This document shows, in pieces, positions 1-4,581 of a stretch of DNA of 8,413 bases. A program made the translations under genes and the position numbers. The notes below the pieces were generated by a model. The model saw only the letters and a program-made list of their open reading frames with translations. It had not been told where the DNA came from and did no database searches. The number at the start of each line of letters is the position of its first letter. Within the stretch, counting starts at the first letter, position 1. The DNA is from Prasinococcaceae sp. CCMP 1430. Taxonomy: Eukaryota > Plantae > Prasinodermophyta. The stretch spans positions 17,705 to 26,117 of the forward strand of contig RQSC01001053.1 in NCBI GenBank assembly GCA_013416795.1, in the 5' to 3' direction.

Positions 1-274
1 GATTCCCGTCGCGAGAAGTGCGCGGTCGGCGGGCGGCCGCCGGTCGCGCTGATTCCGCCGGCGCCAACGCGCACATAGGTATACGGCGCGTAGGCGGCTA
101 GGCGCCGTTGGGGGCGAAGTTAAATCCCCCCGAGCCCATTCCTTGGGCGTCCGGCCTCGGATCCTGGCGAGGTTGGGACCCCGACGGGGGTTCTCGACCC
201 CGCCGGATCCAGCCCGCGGGTCCTCCGACCCGGATTCTTAGTCCGGCCGGGCCTTCCAGGCCCTCGCCGTTACA
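1..274 (-). repeat. 3' LTR of the complete unit (partial, cut by the window start)
   Basis: Begins TGTAAC on the minus strand at 274, two nt after the PPT. Matches 7809-8081 except for 6 substitutions and one 1-nt indel. Confidence 0.93.
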
Positions 275-276
275 CA

Positions 277-287
277 CCTCCCCCCCC
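277..287 (-). promoter_or_regulatory. Polypurine tract (plus-strand primer) GGGGGGGGAGG
   Basis: Purine run directly upstream of the LTR start (GGGGGGGGAGG-TG-TGTAAC) and 52 nt downstream of the pol stop. Confidence 0.9.
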
Positions 288-339
288 GAGTCCAGGTGCC
301 GTCCCGGCACCTCAGGGTAGTAGGGTGTACGAGGTCGTC

Positions 340-3300
340 CTAACCTCGACGGGGCGGGCGTCCTCCTGCCCGACCCGTGCCTTTCCCGGCACCCACGCCC
401 GCAGGACGGTCAGCTGGCTGCGTTATGGTCATGTTCCAGTACTCACGCACTATATGTGAAGCATTCTTGAGATTAGCCTCCGGTTCCCAAGAGTTATGCT
501 CAGGACCATACCCGGTCCACTTGACGTAAAACTCCACCTTACGTCGTCGTCCTCTCCCGGACCGCTCGCGATGAGCGAGGACCTTTTCGACCTCGAACTC
601 CCAGTCTCCTTGCAAGAGTTGAGTCGGAGGTGGTGGTTGTACCGTCCCATCCGCCGAATATGGACGTAGTAACGAGACATGAAACACATCATGAATCTTT
701 GAGCTGGGAGGCAACTCCAGCTCGTACGCAACCTCGCCCACCCTGCGTACTACCTTGAAAGGTCCAATCCACCGAGGTAGTAGCTTCCGAGAACCAGTTG
801 CGTCTTCCATGCGCTTCCTACGCCGGCCGTCCACGTCCTGTGGACGTCGTGGAAGTCGTAGGTTCTTGGTGTTTAGCAGGACCTGCTGCCCTAGTTGGAG
901 TTCTAAGGGCTGCTTACCGTCATCGGCATAGTGTTTATACCGGTCCTGGGCTCCTGCTAGAAGCTGCTTAGCACGTTGCAACAACTCCGTGTGCCGGCCC
1001 ACCCACGAACCTGCGGATGCCACCGTTGTGCCAAGCGCCAGGCTAATCGGTGCGAGGGGTTTGAACGAATAGTTCAACTCGAACGGAGTGGACTGAGTGG
1101 ACTCATGCCATGCGCTATTGATCGCAAACTCGGCAGTGTCCAGAAAGTCATCCCAATCGTTCCTGTCAATCCCCACATATGCCCTTAGCATATCCTGAAG
1201 CACCCGATTAACGCGCTCCGTCTGCCCATCCGTCTGCGGATGGAAAGCAGTGGACAATGACAACTTCGTACCCAGAAGTCGGCAGACCTCTTGCCAGAAG
1301 TTCGACGTGAACTTGGCGTCTCGGTCGGACACGATAGTCCTGGGCAACCCATGAAGTCGCCAGACGTGATGGAAATAGAGTTTTGCAAACTCTTGAGCAT
1401 CAATGTTCGTATCGCAAGGTACCAGATGTGTCATCTTGGTTAGTCGATCTACGAACACGATCACCGCGTTGTGTCCCCGACCAGTTCGTGGGAGTTCCAC
1501 GATGAGGTCCATCGAAATGGAGTCCCAAGGTCGTTCCGGGATGGGCAACGGCTGCAGAAGGCCCGGAGGCTTCCTGTTGACACTCTTGGTGTACTGACAC
1601 TGAGGACAGGTACGCACGAATTCCTCGACGTCTTTCCGGAGCGTGGGCCACCAGAAGTGTAAAGACACACTCTTCTGCGTCTTCGTTCTCCCGAAGTGCC
1701 CACTATAGGGAGTCTTATGGAGCTCCTCTATCACAGCCTTTCGCAGACCTGGCTTATCTGGAACGGCTACAAGTCCGTCCTTGAACCAATACCCATTATT
1801 TGACTCAAGGTTGGACGAGGACGGGTCCGTAAAATACGGGTCCAGGCCATAACCCAACTTGATCTCCCTGGCCAGCCGCAGCAGATCAGGATCCAAGTTG
1901 TCCTCTGGCAAGTGCACCTCGGAGAGTTGTGCCTCCTTGCCTACTGTTTGACCGTCAGGGTGGTCAGTTCTCGCGGGTTTACCCTGCTTGTAGACGGGCC
2001 CATCCACAGAGCGAGCAATCCTTCCTACAACCCCCATCCTCGCCAAGGAGGCCGTCTTGGCTACAGTCCTCGGGTCAATTGGAATACGGCTGAGGGGGTC
2101 AGCAACGTTGACCCGACCAGGAAGATACTTCCAGGTCTTGTGGAACTGTTGTAGGAACTCAGACCAGCGAGCCTGACGCCTCGACAACCGCGGTTGCGTA
2201 TCAAAATACACGTTTGGGTTGTGGTCAGTAATAATCACACTCTCGCTACCCTCCAAGTAACACCGCCACACGGTGTAAGCATGAACCACAGCGAGTAATT
2301 CCTTCTCCGACACGCTGTAGTTCAGCTCAGCAGGAATAAGCTTACGGCTCTCGTATGCCAGAGGATGTCCATCCTGTAAAAGGACTGCACCAATAGCAAT
2401 GTCCGAGGCATCACTCATGACCGTAAAGGGCTCTTCCCAGTTTGGGAGTGCCAACACCGGTGCTTGGGTGAGGAGACGTTTCAACGTCTCAAAAGCTTCC
2501 TGCTGTGGAGCCGCCCAGGTCCAAGGCCTGGCCTTGGAAGTGAGAGATGTGAGCGGGGCAACCAGTTTGGAGTACCCCTGCACGAACTTGCGAAAATAGT
2601 TCGTTAGACCAAGGAAGCGCTGGACGTCCTTCACCGAGGCCGGAGTGGGCCAGTCGACCACCGACTGAATCTTCTCCGGGTCCACGCGAATGCCTTGTCC
2701 GTCTATGATGTGGCCCAAGTACTTCAACTTGGCCATGTTGAAATGGCACTTCTTCAACTTGGCAAACAACTCATGCTTGCGGAGAAGATCCAAGACAACT
2801 CGCAGGTGGCGTTCATGCTCTTCCGGTGTTTTACTGAACACCAAGAGATCGTCAAGGTACACCAAGACGAAGTCGCCAATCTGATTGCGAAAGATTTCGT
2901 TCATCAACCGCTGAAATGTCGCAGGCGCATTGGTTAGCCCAAACGGCATAACCAGGAACTCGTAAGAGCCATATGGCGTGCGAAACGCGGTTTTCCCGAT
3001 ATCTTCTGGTGTAATGCGGATCTGATGGTATCCTTGGGCCAAATCGAGAGCGGAGAAGACCTTTGCACCATGCAACCGGTCAAACAAGTCATCGATCCTC
3101 GGCAAAGGATAGCGGTTCTTCACAGTGATCTTGTTCACTGCTCGAAGATCCACACAGAAACGCAAGGAACCGTCAGCTTTCTGAGCTAACAGTACCGGTG
3201 ACCCGAAAGGTGACGAACTCGGTCGTACCCACCCTTTCTCCAGATAATAGGTCAGCTGGCGCTTGATCTCCGCCAAGTCAGCTGGACTATACCTGTACAT

Positions 3301-4581
3301 GGGTCTGAAGGGAGGATTACTCCCAGGCACCAGGGGTATGACGTGACTGATGTCACGCTCAGGAGGTAGCCCATCTGGCAAGTCCTCCGGGAATAGAGAC
3401 CCATACTCATCCAATAAGCTCTGGAGAGTTGCCGACGACATGCAAGAGGTGGACCTTGAGTCCGTAGCCGGTTCCGTGGTATCCTTAACGATCACCAACG
3501 AGAGCCGCTCTCCCCTTTTAAGCAGACGCTTGACCTGCATCGCACTCAGCATGTGAGGATGCGGGTCCTCAGCGCTTAGTAGAGATGGCTCTAAGCAAGG
3601 TAGAGTCATCTTGCGTCGCCTGAGGGTCACTATGGCCTCGCGCTTCGCGAAGTCTAGGTGGGCCCTTCTTTGTAACAACCATGAATTACCAAGGATAAGA
3701 TCGTACGCTTCATCCATGGCAATCACCTTGCAAGGCACCGTGTCCATGACATTGCCCGAGGTTGAGGTGAACTGTACCAGCACTCTCAGTGTGCCCAGTA
3801 TTCGAATACTCGAGCCATCCCCGAGGGTGACTACTTGATCAGTGGTTTTATAACTCACGCCCACACGATTGCAATATCTCAGCGATATGAAATTATGTGA
3901 CGCCGCCGTGTCCATGATCAAACGAGCATTCGCACCTGCAACCTTGCTTGGAAACTGCATGCAAAGTTGGCTGTCAAACAGTCCTCTCAACTGTGATGGG
4001 TTGGGTGGGTCATAAAAGACCAAGCATGGAACGGGACATGCAACCAACTCAACTTTGCCCTTTGAACTCACACGCAAGACCTGCTTTCCACGAGGTATCT
4101 CCGCCAGAAGCTGGAGACGATTTCGCAAAGACCTTGGTAAACGTAAAGTTCGAGGCAATAGGATCACGGCTGATGTGTCAGCCGGCGAATCAGCTTTTTC
4201 ACTCTGATAAAGTTTGAACAAGGCATCCTTGCGACTCACTCCGGACAGATTCAACCAACTACATTGGCTAATCAACCGGGGTACCACAGGATTACCCGTA
4301 AACCTCAAAGCCTGATCGCTAGGAACAAGAATCTCACGCGAGGCGAGAACATCTACCAAGCCATCCAACGCTAGGTGATGTCTCTCACAGATACTCGCTA
4401 GATCACTAGGAGTTAGCTCGATAGCTACCGCCTCCTTAGTTCCTGATCCTCTAACCGCAGCCATCCTAGCCGCAGCCAGTGGAGAGTCAGTGCTAACCTG
4501 TGCTCTAGGTTTAACACTGGCCTCTCGACAAGGGAACCTGGGCCCCAACTCCCCGTTCGGAGCGGGCCCCTCTAGTTTCCC
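340..4581 (-). CDS. pol: Pol polyprotein (Dam-like domain - aspartic protease - RT - RNase H - integrase - GPY/F - chromodomain), probably made as a Gag-Pol fusion by -1 frameshift
   Basis: The open frame is 340..4791, but the track's start at 4791 is TTG inside gag. The functional portion likely begins at the slippery site (4581). Motifs: LIMDTAAS, MPFGLTNAPATF, YLDD, SDAS/EKELLA/ITDH/ADPLSR, HHCC, D-D(35)E, WIGPF, chromodomain. Confidence 0.96.
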   Translation of the reverse strand, partial: GKLEGPAPNGELGPRFPCREASVKPRAQVSTDSPLAAARMAAVRGSGTKEAVAIELTPSDLASICERHHLALDGLVDVLASREILVPSDQALRFTGNPVVPRLISQCSWLNLSGVSRKDALFKLYQSEKADSPADTSAVILLPRTLRLPRSLRNRLQLLAEIPRGKQVLRVSSKGKVELVACPVPCLVFYDPPNPSQLRGLFDSQLCMQFPSKVAGANARLIMDTAASHNFISLRYCNRVGVSYKTTDQVVTLGDGSSIRILGTLRVLVQFTSTSGNVMDTVPCKVIAMDEAYDLILGNSWLLQRRAHLDFAKREAIVTLRRRKMTLPCLEPSLLSAEDPHPHMLSAMQVKRLLKRGERLSLVIVKDTTEPATDSRSTSCMSSATLQSLLDEYGSLFPEDLPDGLPPERDISHVIPLVPGSNPPFRPMYRYSPADLAEIKRQLTYYLEKGWVRPSSSPFGSPVLLAQKADGSLRFCVDLRAVNKITVKNRYPLPRIDDLFDRLHGAKVFSALDLAQGYHQIRITPEDIGKTAFRTPYGSYEFLVMPFGLTNAPATFQRLMNEIFRNQIGDFVLVYLDDLLVFSKTPEEHERHLRVVLDLLRKHELFAKLKKCHFNMAKLKYLGHIIDGQGIRVDPEKIQSVVDWPTPASVKDVQRFLGLTNYFRKFVQGYSKLVAPLTSLTSKARPWTWAAPQQEAFETLKRLLTQAPVLALPNWEEPFTVMSDASDIAIGAVLLQDGHPLAYESRKLIPAELNYSVSEKELLAVVHAYTVWRCYLEGSESVIITDHNPNVYFDTQPRLSRRQARWSEFLQQFHKTWKYLPGRVNVADPLSRIPIDPRTVAKTASLARMGVVGRIARSVDGPVYKQGKPARTDHPDGQTVGKEAQLSEVHLPEDNLDPDLLRLAREIKLGYGLDPYFTDPSSSNLESNNGYWFKDGLVAVPDKPGLRKAVIEELHKTPYSGHFGRTKTQKSVSLHFWWPTLRKDVEEFVRTCPQCQYTKSVNRKPPGLLQPLPIPERPWDSISMDLIVELPRTGRGHNAVIVFVDRLTKMTHLVPCDTNIDAQEFAKLYFHHVWRLHGLPRTIVSDRDAKFTSNFWQEVCRLLGTKLSLSTAFHPQTDGQTERVNRVLQDMLRAYVGIDRNDWDDFLDTAEFAINSAWHESTQSTPFELNYSFKPLAPISLALGTTVASAGSWVGRHTELLQRAKQLLAGAQDRYKHYADDGKQPLELQLGQQVLLNTKNLRLPRRPQDVDGRRRKRMEDATGSRKLLPRWIGPFKVVRRVGEVAYELELPPSSKIHDVFHVSLLRPYSADGTVQPPPPTQLLQGDWEFEVEKVLAHRERSGRGRRRKVEFYVKWTGYGPEHNSWEPEANLKNASHIVREYWNMTITQPADRPAGVGAGKGTGRAGGRPPRRG
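433..603 (-). other. Chromodomain (group I-like, aromatic cage residues present)
   Basis: WEFEVEKVLAHR...EFYVKWTGYGPEHNSWEPEANLKNASHIVREYW, ORF-track aa 1397-1453. Confidence 0.93.
652..909 (-). other. Integrase C-terminal GPY/F (SH3-like) module
   Basis: GQQVLL...KLLPRWIGPFKVVRRVGEVAYELELP...IHDVFHVSLLRPY, about aa 1295-1380. Confidence 0.85.
1057..1764 (-). other. Integrase zinc-binding domain and DDE core
   Basis: H1025/H1032/C1062/C1065 (LHKTPYSGH...TCPQC); D1095 (ISMD), D1156 (IVSDRD), E1192 (GQTERVN), with 35 residues between the second D and the E. Confidence 0.95.
2083..2433 (-). other. RNase H domain
   Basis: FTVMSDASDIAIGAVL, NYSVSEKELLAVV, IITDH, NVADPLSR; the catalytic D-E-D-D set is present. 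Confidence 0.95.
2707..3309 (-). other. Reverse transcriptase domain
   Basis: SPFGSPVLL, LRFCVDLRAVN, ALDLAQGYHQI, KTAFRTPYGSYEFLVMPFGLTNAPATFQ, YLDD (2859-2848), LKYLGH. Confidence 0.98.
3637..3963 (-). other. Retropepsin-like aspartic protease domain (DTA variant triad)
   Basis: ARLIMDTAASHNFIS, flap-like VTLGDGS, and DLILGNSWL; typical retropepsin spacing. Confidence 0.88.
4003..4434 (-). other. Degenerate phage-Dam/DIRS-type N6-adenine DNA methyltransferase-like domain, upstream of the protease
   Basis: Colinear motif series IELTP / LVDVLASR / LRFT / SWLNLSG / TSAVILLPRT / IPRGKQVL / PVPCLVFY, compared from memory with WxTP / DxxAS / YFT / WxNPPY / VVxLxPxRT / IRGRxxF / PSxLVVF. Alignment by eye only; no HMM run. 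Confidence 0.65.
4540..4581 (-). promoter_or_regulatory. -1 programmed ribosomal frameshift signal: G GGA AAC, 5-nt spacer (UAGAG), GC-rich hairpin
   Basis: The heptamer 4581-4575 is in gag frame (CAG GGA AAC TAG) and pol is in the -1 frame (GGG AAA CTA). The GGGCCC arms at 4569-4564 and 4545-4540 close an inner GCUCC/GGAGU stem. Confidence 0.85.

Larger units (their letters stand above)
1..606. repeat. Direct repeat copy 1 (LTR part + PPT + 3' UTR + chromodomain coding region)
   Basis: Aligned by eye to 7809-8413, with offset 7808 before the C6/C5 run at 126-131 and 7807 after it. Confidence 0.98.

Noticed and set aside
288-339. Possible env-like or extra 3' ORF, or stop-codon readthrough after pol
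   Set aside because: Only 52 nt separate the stop from the PPT; readthrough would add only about 30 residues before a TAA in the LTR.
1888-2082. ~65-aa linker between RNase H and integrase as a possible extra domain
   Set aside because: It looks like a low-complexity, variable linker with no motif I can recognise; such linkers vary in length among gypsy elements.
976-4217. Numerous short (63-93 aa) ORFs on both strands overlapping pol
   Set aside because: They are alternate-frame or antisense by-products of the pol coding sequence, with no motifs.
4201-4440. Compositional signature of recent horizontal capture of the Dam-like domain
   Set aside because: A hand count gives about 49% GC, similar to about 50% in a sampled RT segment (2881-2940); no step relative to the rest of pol.
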